Below, in pieces: positions 55,618-64,000 of a stretch of DNA of 64,000 nt (positions are counted from its first letter, which is position 1; each line of letters starts with the position of its first letter). Origin of the DNA: Mycobacterium sp. (GTDB taxonomy: Bacteria; Actinomycetota; Actinomycetes; Mycobacteriales; Mycobacteriaceae); the NCBI GenBank assembly GCA_032159765.1, contig JAVHWM010000130.1, forward strand, positions 12,277 to 76,276, read 5' to 3'. The notes beneath the pieces were generated by a model. That model had not been told where the DNA came from. It did not search any database and saw nothing but the letters and a program-made list of their open reading frames with translations. The position numbers and the translations under genes are program-made.

Positions 55618-56301
55618 ATGACGTGGCCGCCGCGGGCAGTCATTCGCAAATCGTCGGGTCTGCGCACGCTTGAATCAGCGTTGTACAACAGCGGATTGGG
55701 GCCGGTGGCCGGTGTGGACGAGGTCGGCCGAGGTGCCTGTGCGGGGCCGCTGGTGATCGCCGCGTGTGTGCTTGGACCGAACCGCCTGAAAAGCCTGGCC
55801 GACCTCGACGACTCGAAGAAGCTCACCGAGAAATCGCGCGCGGCCCTTTACCCGCTGATCTGCCGGTACGCGCTGGCCTATCACGTGGTGTTCGTGCCGC
55901 CACGCGAGGTCGACAGACGTGGCGTGCACGTCGCCAACATCGAGGGCATGCGACGTGCGGTGGCGGGACTGTCGGTGCGGCCCGGTTATGTTCTGTCCGA
56001 CGGATTCCGCGTGCCCGGGCTACCGATGCCGTCACTGCCGGTGATCGGCGGGGACGCCGCGTCGGCGTGCATCGCCGCGGCGAGCGTGTTGGCCAAGGTG
56101 AGCAGGGACAACCTGATGGTGGCGATGGACGCCGAATATCCGGGTTACGGTTTCGCCGAACACAAGGGGTACTGCACCAACGCCCACGCCACGGCGCTCG
56201 CCGCGCTCGGCCCGTCGAGCGCACACAGGTACTCATTCATTAACGTGCGCCGATCGGCGGTCGAGTTCGTGCTACCGGATGAGCGGGTGGAGCAAGGGTG
56301 A
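55618..56301 (+). CDS. rnhB: ribonuclease HII
   Basis: 227 aa. [32 protein letters not shown]. Confidence 0.93.
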   Translation: MTWPPRAVIRKSSGLRTLESALYNSGLGPVAGVDEVGRGACAGPLVIAACVLGPNRLKSLADLDDSKKLTEKSRAALYPLICRYALAYHVVFVPPREVDRRGVHVANIEGMRRAVAGLSVRPGYVLSDGFRVPGLPMPSLPVIGGDAASACIAAASVLAKVSRDNLMVAMDAEYPGYGFAEHKGYCTNAHATALAALGPSSAHRYSFINVRRSAVEFVLPDERVEQG

Positions 56302-56344
56302 GAGAAGATACGACCGGTGGTGTGAGAAAAGGACAGCAGAGTAG

Positions 56345-56650
56345 ATGAGCGCCGAGGATCTCGAAAAGTACGAAACCGAGATGGAACTCTCGCTCTACCG
56401 CGAATACAAGGACATCGTCGGCCAGTTCAACTACGTGGTGGAGACCGAGCGCCGGTTCTATCTGGCCAACAGCGTGGAGCTGATTCCGCGAAACGCCGAC
56501 GGCGAGGTGTACTTCGAGCTCAGGCTTGCCGACGCGTGGGTGTGGGATATGTACCGGCCGGCCCGGTTCGTCAAGCAGGTGCGCGTGATCACCTTTAAAG
56601 ACGTCAACATCGAAGAGGTGGAGAAGCCGGAGCTGCGCCTTCCGGACTGA
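56345..56650 (+). CDS. DUF2469 protein (Rv2901c-like)
   Basis: 101 aa. MSAEDLEKYETEMELSLYREYKDIV is highly conserved in actinobacteria. Confidence 0.85.
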   Translation: MSAEDLEKYETEMELSLYREYKDIVGQFNYVVETERRFYLANSVELIPRNADGEVYFELRLADAWVWDMYRPARFVKQVRVITFKDVNIEEVEKPELRLPD

Positions 56651-56865
56651 GAGGCCGACCTGCGCGATCGTGGATGAGCGCTTGCGCGAAGACCATGATC
56701 TCGAGCCAGCACCCCGATCGCCACATACACTCCACCCGTGGCAAACTTTCTCCATACCGGGTGGAAAAGTCGCGTGAACCTCGGGGGTGTAGATCGGACG
56801 GTCGATGCGCGGCTGGCCACCAGCGTGAAAAAATCCGGAAGCCAGAGCACGAAAGGGCAGCTCTC

Positions 56866-57567
56866 TTGACACAGTCTGCATGGGCCGTGGAGCTCAACGA
56901 TGAAAACCCGGATCCGCGGGTGGCATGCGTGGTTTTGGTGGATGTTTCGGGTTCGATGCAAGGGCAGCCGATTGCAGCGCTGGAGCGGGGTTACGCGGCA
57001 TTCACCCACTACCTGCACACCGACAGCCTCGCCAGCAAGCGCGTCGAGGTCGCTGTGGTGGCATTCGGGTCCGTAGCGACAGTGGTGGTGCCCATGCAGG
57101 AAGCGCGGATGCTGGAGCCGGCGAGTTTCCAAGCGTCGGGACGTACGAACATGGCCGCGGGCATTCACCTTGCACTCGACATCATCGAGGAGCGCAAAGA
57201 GGCGTATAAGCATGCGGGTTTGCAGTACTACCGGCCGTGGATCTTGGCCCTGACAGACGGTGAATCCAATCCCGAAGGATTCGACCAGGCGGTCGCCCGG
57301 CTGAACGCCACCGAAATGGCCCGGGGAGTAACGGTATTCGCTGTCGGTGCTGGGCCGTACGTCAACTATCAGCAACTGGCGCGACTCTCCGTGCAGCGAA
57401 GCCCGGCCCCCTTGGACGGGCTGAAGTACGAAGAGCTGTTCGAGTGGCTGTCGGCGTCTTTGAGCAATGTGTCCAACTCGACCGAGTTCGCTCGCAATGA
57501 CGAGGGTCTTTACGCGATGGGCGACCAGATTTCACTGCCGCCGCTGAGCGGTTGGACCACCGTGTGA
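56866..57567 (+). CDS. von Willebrand factor A domain protein (TerY-like)
   Basis: MIDAS DVSGSM (DxSxS) plus GRTNM and LTDGES. Start is TTG 56866 (AAAGGG upstream) or GTG 56887. The upstream part of track ORF 56674.. looks non-coding. Confidence 0.8.
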   Translation: MTQSAWAVELNDENPDPRVACVVLVDVSGSMQGQPIAALERGYAAFTHYLHTDSLASKRVEVAVVAFGSVATVVVPMQEARMLEPASFQASGRTNMAAGIHLALDIIEERKEAYKHAGLQYYRPWILALTDGESNPEGFDQAVARLNATEMARGVTVFAVGAGPYVNYQQLARLSVQRSPAPLDGLKYEELFEWLSASLSNVSNSTEFARNDEGLYAMGDQISLPPLSGWTTV

Positions 57568-58517
57568 CCGCTGGCGACGCGGAAGCAGACAAGCCAGGTA
57601 GTTGGGAGTGGGCGGTCTGCGGAGCTTCGGTGACGGGATGGCGGCACGTCGAGAAGGGCCTTGGCTGCGATGACGCGTTCGCCTACGGGGTCGCGGGCGA
57701 TTACCTGGTGGTAGCCATTGCCGACGGCGCCGGATCGGTGAGCGGAACGTCGGCGTGGGGAGCTTTCGCAGCTTGTCAGAGCGTGCTTCTCGACGCGACG
57801 GACCCGGAGTTCATCAACGACTTTCGTACGGGATCCGACCAGCGCGCAGAAGTATTGATGCGCTGGCTATTCGAGGGTGCGATGGATCGGGTCAAGACCC
57901 AGGCCGAGTTCTTCGGCCTTCCTGTCGCCAAGCTGTCGACCACTCTGTCAGTCGCGGTGGCCGATCCCGAGATGGCCGCTTTTGGTCAGATCGGTGACGG
58001 AATCATCGTTGCCGACTACGCGGAGTCGATCCGCACGGTGCTGACCGAGACAAAGGACGAGTACGCAAACGCCACATGGTTCCTGCAATCCAATGGCGCG
58101 CTCGATGAAGCCTTTCAGACTGCTGTGCTGAAAAACGTTGCAGCATTTGCGCTGAGCACCGACGGCATGAGCTACAAGATCACCAACATCGCTACCGGCG
58201 AAGCGTACGAACCTTTCTTCAAGGGCTCGTGGACTCACGTCCGCTCCGGCTCGGACGCTGCCGATTTCGCTGCTCTGCTTCGTGGCATCCAGGATGACCA
58301 AACGGGCGACGACAAGACCATGGTGCTGGCGGCGATGCGGTGGGAGGACGATACCTTTCATCCGTCCGCGCGACCGATATCGAAAACGGTGGTGCACTCC
58401 GCTCCGCCCGCCAAGCCCGAGCTCCCCGGCGCGCAGGAGCAGACCCGCTCTGACGAACCCGCACCAGCTGCAGTAAATGGTTCGGGAGGCGAGGTCAGAC
58501 ATGACCAAGTCCGGTGA
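57564..58517 (+). CDS. PP2C-family Ser/Thr phosphatase-like protein
   Basis: CGASVTGWRH..GCDDAF, VVAIADGAGS, QIGDGIIV, ALSTDGM metal-ligand Asp motifs. GTG 57564 overlaps the vWA stop (GTGA). TTG 57552 is the alternative. Confidence 0.75.
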   Translation: MTAGDAEADKPGSWEWAVCGASVTGWRHVEKGLGCDDAFAYGVAGDYLVVAIADGAGSVSGTSAWGAFAACQSVLLDATDPEFINDFRTGSDQRAEVLMRWLFEGAMDRVKTQAEFFGLPVAKLSTTLSVAVADPEMAAFGQIGDGIIVADYAESIRTVLTETKDEYANATWFLQSNGALDEAFQTAVLKNVAAFALSTDGMSYKITNIATGEAYEPFFKGSWTHVRSGSDAADFAALLRGIQDDQTGDDKTMVLAAMRWEDDTFHPSARPISKTVVHSAPPAKPELPGAQEQTRSDEPAPAAVNGSGGEVRHDQVR

Positions 58518-59730
58518 GCGCCTTGTCGCCGCGACCGGCGAAGAGATCCAGCTGGGCACCGTCGTCGCGAAGGCGGGCGAGGGCACGATCTACGACGTGG
58601 TGGGCCACCCCGAATGGGTCGCAAAGATCTTTCACCCCACCCTGACCGACCTAGAGTCGAAGATAGCCAAGGTCAGCGCGATGATCGATGCGCAGCCAGA
58701 TGGTGCGATCCAGGACGACGGGTTTGTGGTGCTCGCGTGGCCGCTGCACGCTGTGCTGCGAGAGGGCACGACCGCGGGCTTCATCATGCCGAAGATCGAC
58801 GCGACGACAGCGGTCGAAATTCACAGCATGAGCAATCCGTCGAATCGGGTGAACCCACTGCGCGGAGCACCACAGTGGACCAAGGGCGCCACGTGGAATC
58901 ACCTGTTGAACGTCGCGACAAATCTGTGTCTCGCGGTCAAGGTGGTGCACCGCGTCGACGCGGTGATTGGCGACTTCCAGGAGCGAAATATCTTGGTGTC
59001 CAACACCACCCGGGTCACCCTTGTCGATTGCGATTCGATGCAGTTCACCGATCGCGACGGCCGGCAATTCCTGTGCGCGGTCGGGCGGCCGGAGTTCACC
59101 GCGCCCGAACTCGCCACCAAGAACCTGCGCGTCGACGCACGCGAGAAGCCGTCCGACCTATTCGCGCTGGCGGTGCACATCTATCTGTTGCTGATGCACG
59201 GGAATCACCCCTTCATGCGGGGTCGATGGGTGGGGCAGGGCGACCAGCCTGACGCGCTCAAACTGGCCAGGACGGGCGACTGGGCGGGCGGCCCGTCGTC
59301 GCGGCTGATGACTCACCCACTCGCGCCGCCGGTGTCATTTCTGCCAACCGAGATCCGGCGATTGTTCACGAGGGCCTTCACAGAGGGCGCCAGTCATCCG
59401 GACATGCGTCCGACCGCCGACGAATGGCAGCGCGCGCTGATGCGCGTGCGGGTCACGGCGTGTCCTGTTGCGCCACAGCAACATCAGATCCCGGCGGGCG
59501 CAGCCTTCTGCCCGTGGTGTGCCATCGACGCAGAGCGGCGAGCACGCAAGAACTCTCAGCGGGTCCAGCCCGCCTATGCGGGGGCGGGGAGTGGGGCTTC
59601 GCCGTGGCAATCGAGACAGCACGGACATTCGGCCACCCCGAATCAATCTCGCGGGGAGTGGACACCAGTGTTCGTGGTGTTGGGGTTCATCGCGGTGATC
59701 TTGCTGATCGTGATCATCGCGGCGGTATAG
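58501..59730 (+). CDS. Hanks-type Ser/Thr protein kinase-like protein with C-terminal zinc ribbon and TM tail anchor
   Basis: G-loop AKAGEGTIY, VAKIF Lys, catalytic loop GDFQERNILV, DCDS in the DFG position, FTAPE. CPVAPQQHQIPAGAAFCPWC ribbon. Terminal TM VFVVLGFIAVILLIVIIAAV. ATG 58501 is preceded by GGGAGGCGAGG. Confidence 0.8.
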   Translation: MTKSGERLVAATGEEIQLGTVVAKAGEGTIYDVVGHPEWVAKIFHPTLTDLESKIAKVSAMIDAQPDGAIQDDGFVVLAWPLHAVLREGTTAGFIMPKIDATTAVEIHSMSNPSNRVNPLRGAPQWTKGATWNHLLNVATNLCLAVKVVHRVDAVIGDFQERNILVSNTTRVTLVDCDSMQFTDRDGRQFLCAVGRPEFTAPELATKNLRVDAREKPSDLFALAVHIYLLLMHGNHPFMRGRWVGQGDQPDALKLARTGDWAGGPSSRLMTHPLAPPVSFLPTEIRRLFTRAFTEGASHPDMRPTADEWQRALMRVRVTACPVAPQQHQIPAGAAFCPWCAIDAERRARKNSQRVQPAYAGAGSGASPWQSRQHGHSATPNQSRGEWTPVFVVLGFIAVILLIVIIAAV

Positions 59731-59736
59731 CCGGCC

Positions 59737-60378
59737 TCAGTGCATCTCCCAGGGCGGGCCGTAGGTCGTCACACTGTCTCCCTCAGTCGAAGTCAATCGC
59801 GCGAACGGACGCAGCGTGATACCGCCACCGGCACCGGTCACGGACCCGTGCGCTCCGGCCACGGCGACCGCGCCATCTGGACCCGAGACGTCGACCTTGA
59901 ACGTCGAAACTTCATGCAGCCCAGGCCCATTGCCGAGCTCGATGGCGAACGACGTGCCGGGCAACAGAGGTGGCGACGTCACGAGGAGATTTCCGTTCTG
60001 CGAGAAGACTCCTGGGATGCTCGTCTGATCGAAGTTGAAGTTCGGGGTGGTGTACATGAAGTTGACCCCGTTGCCCAATTTCCAGGGAAAGCCGATCTGG
60101 TATCCGAATTCGAGTGTGCCGGTGAAGTCTTCGGCGCCGTCACCCGCGACGTGATAGACGGCGCGGCCGTTGTGGAACCATTCACGGCTCAGCGGATTCA
60201 TGTCGAGCGGGGAGACGCCGTTGAGCAGGACGTCCCACTGCTGGATCGTCAATGTGCGGCCCTTGCTGTCCACGTCGCTCAGCTCGTTGTCCAGCGCCGC
60301 ATTCGACGTGCCGACGCCAATCGACATCGCGACGACGACGGCGACGAACGCAACCAGTGAACGGACGATGGTCTTCAT
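59737..60378 (-). CDS. mspA: MspA-family outer-membrane porin
   Basis: 213 aa from ATG 60378. LDNELSDVDSKGRTLTIQQWDVLLNGV, REWFHNGRA, GYQIGFPW, LGNGPG, LRPFARL and GDSVTTYGPPW are collinear with M. smegmatis MspA. Confidence 0.92.
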   Translation of the reverse strand: MKTIVRSLVAFVAVVVAMSIGVGTSNAALDNELSDVDSKGRTLTIQQWDVLLNGVSPLDMNPLSREWFHNGRAVYHVAGDGAEDFTGTLEFGYQIGFPWKLGNGVNFMYTTPNFNFDQTSIPGVFSQNGNLLVTSPPLLPGTSFAIELGNGPGLHEVSTFKVDVSGPDGAVAVAGAHGSVTGAGGGITLRPFARLTSTEGDSVTTYGPPWEMH

Positions 60379-60477
60379 CGGAAGAAAAGATAGGCGTGTA
60401 ATTCCCGCGACCGCGGTAGCGCACACATTCGCTATCTGAACTGAGGCGGAATTGTTGCCAATTGGCGTTCGAGCTGC

Positions 60478-60897
60478 TCACGCTTCAAGCCCGCGCTGCG
60501 CCAGCCATTGCTCTCCCCGTCGTTTGGAGGCACGCGACAACCACGCATCCTGGATCAGCTCGGCGAGTTCGTCGGCGTCGATCCGGCTGACCCGCGACGC
60601 GCGCACGAGCACGGACAGATGCCCGTCGAAGTGTTTGGTCGTGAAGAACGGGCTGCCCGGGTCTTGGACGAGGGCCTTCTTGTCGTCTTCGGAGCCCACC
60701 CAAATGACGATGACGTCGGGGTACATCTCGCCGGTCTCGGGGTCGCGGGCATCCGGGCGTGGGTTGCGGAAGAAGACGAATGACTTGCCGCCCACCTGAT
60801 AAACGGCATTGCCTTTCGGGCCGTCGATGCGGGTGGTGTGTGGCATGGCGGCGGCGATTGCATGCACGTCGCTGACCGCTGCCGGTCTCCTGACCAT
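60478..60897 (-). CDS. MmcQ/YjbR-like protein (tentative)
   Basis: 139-aa ORF with coding-like composition. The pattern YQVGGKSFVFF ... HFDGHLSVLV ... ELAELIQDAW resembles the YjbR fold family. Assignment is from memory of the family pattern only. Confidence 0.5.
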   Translation of the reverse strand: MVRRPAAVSDVHAIAAAMPHTTRIDGPKGNAVYQVGGKSFVFFRNPRPDARDPETGEMYPDVIVIWVGSEDDKKALVQDPGSPFFTTKHFDGHLSVLVRASRVSRIDADELAELIQDAWLSRASKRRGEQWLAQRGLEA

Positions 60898-60935
60898 CCC
60901 CAGAGATTAGCGTCGCGCTGCGATACGTTGTATCG

Positions 60936-61328
60936 ATGGCAGGGGCGAGTGGGTTGACCAAAATAGCGTTGGCGTTGGGAGTCGGTGCAGTCGCGGCGAC
61001 GGCCGTGGCCACCGGCACGAGTGCGGTGGCCGGTGCAGCCCCGCCGCCGTGCACGGCAGCCGAACTATCCAGCGTCGTCAGCGGTGTGACGGCACAAGCC
61101 GCGCAGTTCCTCGAGGCCCATCCCGACGCGAATGATGTTCTGACACAGGCTGGTTCGCAGCCGCCGCAAACGGCCAAGGCGACGGTGCGGGGCTACTTCG
61201 TGGGGCACCCCGATCAGTTCCTGCAATTGCAGGGCATCGCGCAGCCGCTGATCGGTATGCGTTCGCGATGCAACGCGAGTGTGTCGATCGGACAGGTGGC
61301 CAACCTTCTGGATGCGCTGCAGGAATAG
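60936..61328 (+). CDS. hemophore-related secreted protein (Rv0203/Rv1174c family-like)
   Basis: 130 aa. Signal peptide, mature PPPCTAAELSSVVSGV...FLEAHPDANDVL...YFVGHPDQ...QPL...C pattern with two Cys. Confidence 0.62.
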   Translation: MAGASGLTKIALALGVGAVAATAVATGTSAVAGAAPPPCTAAELSSVVSGVTAQAAQFLEAHPDANDVLTQAGSQPPQTAKATVRGYFVGHPDQFLQLQGIAQPLIGMRSRCNASVSIGQVANLLDALQE

Positions 61329-61459
61329 TTGCCACAGGGCCGGCACCGCATCGGGCGATAGAAGTCAATCCAAATCGCAGAAAGCCACTCTGGTTGTCGC
61401 GACACAATGCGACACTCGCCTCACTGCAAACGCGCCGCGGTGGATGAAGGGTCGATCAA

Positions 61460-61768
61460 ATGAAAACACTCGGAGTAGCGGCTGCTGCCGCCATCGCTCT
61501 CGCCATCGCCGGATGTAGTGGTGGTAGTGGAGGGGTAGACACCTCGTCGCACTCCTACCAGGAGGGTTTCAAGGACGCGAGCGCCGAACTCGTGGTCTCC
61601 TATGTACAGGGCGGGATGAGCGGTACGGAAGCCTGCCAGGCTGCGTTCGATATGTATAAGGGCGCCTTCTCGATTGACAATCACGACCAGTTCATGGCGG
61701 GCTGTGCCGACGGATTGAAGCAGCACCCCGTACCCAGCTACAAGTCTGGTTTTCAGCCAAACCCGTAG
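61460..61768 (+). CDS. small lipoprotein, unknown function
   Basis: 102 aa. Lipobox LAIAGC after a signal peptide. Two further Cys. Confidence 0.6.
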   Translation: MKTLGVAAAAAIALAIAGCSGGSGGVDTSSHSYQEGFKDASAELVVSYVQGGMSGTEACQAAFDMYKGAFSIDNHDQFMAGCADGLKQHPVPSYKSGFQPNP

Positions 61769-61901
61769 CGCGACAGCAATCGGCTGTATCGCTGTGGACG
61801 AACTGCGATCTGGGGATTACTGCGTTCGATTGCCGTTATTTCGGACCGTTTGAGGTGCACACGCCCTGAACTTGTCGGAAGCACCGCCGACGCTGGGCGC
61901 C

Positions 61902-62270
61902 ATGACACCGATGACTCGCGCTCAGCTCGGCGCGCTGGGCGAGCAACTGGCAGTCGAGTACTTGCAGCGGCTTGGGCTGGTTGTGCTGGAACGGAATTGG
62001 CGCTGCCGATATGGCGAGCTGGACGTAATCGCCGCGGACCTGGCTGCCCGCACCGTGGTGTTCGTCGAGGTCAAGACCCGCTCATCTGAGCAGTTCGGCG
62101 GCGTGGCGCAGGCCGTCACAGAACAGAAATTGCGTCGGCTGCGTCGGCTCGCGGCACTGTGGCTTTCCGGCCAGGACGGCAGTTGGGCGACGATTCGCGT
62201 CGATGTGATCGGCGTGCGGGTCGGCCGGCAGCGAAATCCCGAGCTCACTCATCTGATGGCGGTCGGCTGA
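61902..62270 (+). CDS. YraN family (UPF0102) endonuclease-like protein
   Basis: GALGEQLAVEYL, NWRCRYGELDVIA, VVFVEVKTR. ATG 61902 aligns with the Rv2898c start. The track ORF starts at TTG 61872. Confidence 0.85.
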   Translation: MTPMTRAQLGALGEQLAVEYLQRLGLVVLERNWRCRYGELDVIAADLAARTVVFVEVKTRSSEQFGGVAQAVTEQKLRRLRRLAALWLSGQDGSWATIRVDVIGVRVGRQRNPELTHLMAVG

Positions 62271-63781
62271 TGGCGCTCGGCCGGGCGTTCTCGGTGGCCG
62301 TGCAGGGCGTCGCAGGGCGGATCGTCGAAATCGAAGCCCACATCACCTCGGGCCTGCCGGGAGTGCATCTGGTCGGGCTTCCCGACGCGGCACTGCAGGA
62401 ATCGCGAGACAGAGTTCGCGCCGCGATCATCAACTGCGGTAATCAGTGGCCGATGTCACGTCTGACGCTCGCGCTCTCGCCGGCGACGTTGCCGAAGACG
62501 GGTTCGGTTTACGACGTCGCCCTCGCCGCCGCAGTGTTGGCCGCCGACCGCCAAGTGCCCATCGAGCGGCTTGAGAAGGCTGTACTGCTCGGGGAGCTAG
62601 CCCTCGACGGCCGCATCCGTCCGGTCCGCGGGGTGCTGCCCTCGGTGATCGCCGCCAAGCAGGGCGGGTGGCCCCGGGTGGTTGTGCCCGTCGAGAACCT
62701 CGCCGAGGCTGCATTGGTCGACGGCATAGAAGTCCGCGGCGCTCGCACGTTGCGTCAGGTGAAGATGTGGCTCAAAGGCACTGACTCATTGGAGGTTTCC
62801 TGCGTCGCCAACGTCGAAAGTGACGACGGAGGGCCCGATTTCGCTGACGTTATCGGGCAGCCGCAGGCTAGGTTCGCGGTCGAGGTTGCCGCCGCCGGCG
62901 CACATCACATCATGCTCACCGGCGCCCCTGGAATCGGCAAAACAATGTTAGCCCAACGGCTTCCGGGACTGCTGCCACCGCTGAGCGAGGAGGAATCGCT
63001 CGAAGTCACGGCCATTCACTCAGTAGCCGGTCTGCTATCGCCCGCTACGCCGTTGATCACGCGACCGCCGCTCGTCGCGCCGCACCACACCTCCAGCGTC
63101 GCCGCGTTGATCGGTGGTGGAAGCGGGATGGCCCGGCCCGGAGCGGTCAGCCGGGCTCACCGCGGTGTACTGCTACTCGACGAATGCGCTGAGATCGGCG
63201 CGCACGCCCTGGAGGCGCTGCGAACCCCTCTGGAAGAAGGGGAGGTTCGGCTCGCCCGCCGCGATGGAGTTGCGATATACCCCGCACGTTTTCAGCTGGT
63301 GCTGGCGGCGAACCCGTGTCCATGCGCACCCGCGGATCCGCGCGACTGCGTCTGTCCCGGCGCGGTGAAGCGACGGTATCTCGGCAAGTTGTCGGGTCCG
63401 CTGCTCGACCGCATCGACCTTCGGATCGAGATGCACCGGGTGCGAAAAGGAGCACTGAATGCCGACGTGGGCGAATCGACCGCGGTTGTGCGCGAACGGG
63501 TCATCCGTGCACGCGCGGTCGCAGCGGAGCGCTGGCGGCCGTTCGGTGTGCGAACCAACGCAGAGGTATCGGGTCCGCTTCTGCGCCAGCATTTTCGGCT
63601 TGACAGCAAGACCATGCATCCGCTTCGTCAGTCACTCGACAAAGGCGTGCTGAGCATTCGGGGGGTGGACCGGACCATGCGGGTCGCGTGGTCGCTTGCC
63701 GATCTGGAAGGCCGTGATCGGCCGAATCTCGATGATGTGAGCACCGCCATGGGATTTCGTCAGATAGGAGCCGACCGATGA
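62270..63781 (+). CDS. YifB/ComM family Mg-chelatase-like ATPase
   Basis: ATG 62270 overlaps the yraN stop. Lon-like N-terminal domain, Walker A GAPGIGKT, Walker B GVLLLDE, Cys cluster ANPCPC. Confidence 0.9.
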   Translation: MALGRAFSVAVQGVAGRIVEIEAHITSGLPGVHLVGLPDAALQESRDRVRAAIINCGNQWPMSRLTLALSPATLPKTGSVYDVALAAAVLAADRQVPIERLEKAVLLGELALDGRIRPVRGVLPSVIAAKQGGWPRVVVPVENLAEAALVDGIEVRGARTLRQVKMWLKGTDSLEVSCVANVESDDGGPDFADVIGQPQARFAVEVAAAGAHHIMLTGAPGIGKTMLAQRLPGLLPPLSEEESLEVTAIHSVAGLLSPATPLITRPPLVAPHHTSSVAALIGGGSGMARPGAVSRAHRGVLLLDECAEIGAHALEALRTPLEEGEVRLARRDGVAIYPARFQLVLAANPCPCAPADPRDCVCPGAVKRRYLGKLSGPLLDRIDLRIEMHRVRKGALNADVGESTAVVRERVIRARAVAAERWRPFGVRTNAEVSGPLLRQHFRLDSKTMHPLRQSLDKGVLSIRGVDRTMRVAWSLADLEGRDRPNLDDVSTAMGFRQIGADR

Positions 63782-64000
63782 CCGACCCGAGGCGTGCCTG
63801 GGCCTACCTGTCCCGTGTGCTTGAGCCGCCGTGCCCCGAGCTCAACGCACTTGTCGCCAGGGTTGGGCCGGACGAAGCGGCCGACCGGGTGCGGCATGGC
63901 GCCGTCGGGAACGAGCTTGCGCGTCGAATCGACGCACGCCGCGAACTCGATTGCACCTCGGAGGATCTCGACCGCATCGACCGGGTGGGTGGCCGGGTGA
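63778..64000 (+). CDS. dprA: DNA-processing protein DprA, 5' fragment (runs off window)
   Basis: ATG 63778 overlaps the comM-like stop (ATGA). My own translation is MTDPRRAWAYLSRVLEPPCPELNALVARVGPDEAADRVRHG, matching the Rv2896c-type N-terminus. Track ORF 63794.. is in a different frame and was not used. Confidence 0.72.
   Translation, partial: MTDPRRAWAYLSRVLEPPCPELNALVARVGPDEAADRVRHGAVGNELARRIDARRELDCTSEDLDRIDRVGGRV

Overview
High-GC actinobacterial chromosome, almost certainly a fast-growing Mycobacterium/Mycolicibacterium: it carries an MspA-type porin, and its gene order tracks M. tuberculosis Rv2983 to Rv2896c, mostly on the + strand. The conserved backbone runs fbiD, gpsA, ddl, thiL, ung, rpmB, DAK2/YloV, recG, pyruvate carboxylase, rsmD, coaD, sepIVA-like, yceD, rnc, fpg, acyP, smc, ftsY, amt-glnB-glnD, ffh, rpsP-KH-rimM-trmD, rplS, lepB, rnhB, yraN, comM-like and dprA (cut at the window end). 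I found no rRNA, tRNA or CRISPR. Four accessory segments interrupt the backbone. (1) 19.0-22.5 kb holds a hemerythrin gene with a SigF-type promoter plus a GH15 hydrolase, at the position where M. tuberculosis has the PDIM/PGL locus. (2) 22.5-32.6 kb is a minus-strand envelope-glycosylation island: an OmpR/HisKA two-component system, two paralogous GT-C/GT39 transferases and a GT2-GtrA fusion. It is interrupted by a REP13E12-like HNH gene and a decayed MmyB-like regulator, and faces a divergent Gly/Pro-tract exported protein. (3) 39.0-40.8 kb is a low-GC secreted protein plus a type-2 IPP isomerase wedged between smc and ftsY. (4) 56.7-61.9 kb holds a vWA / PP2C phosphatase / tail-anchored Ser/Thr kinase triad (TerY-P-like), then an MspA porin and small exported proteins, where M. 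tuberculosis has fdhF/fdhD. The triad is my top candidate for a poorly understood system. Many long alternative-frame and antisense ORFs in the track are GC-bias artefacts and were rejected.
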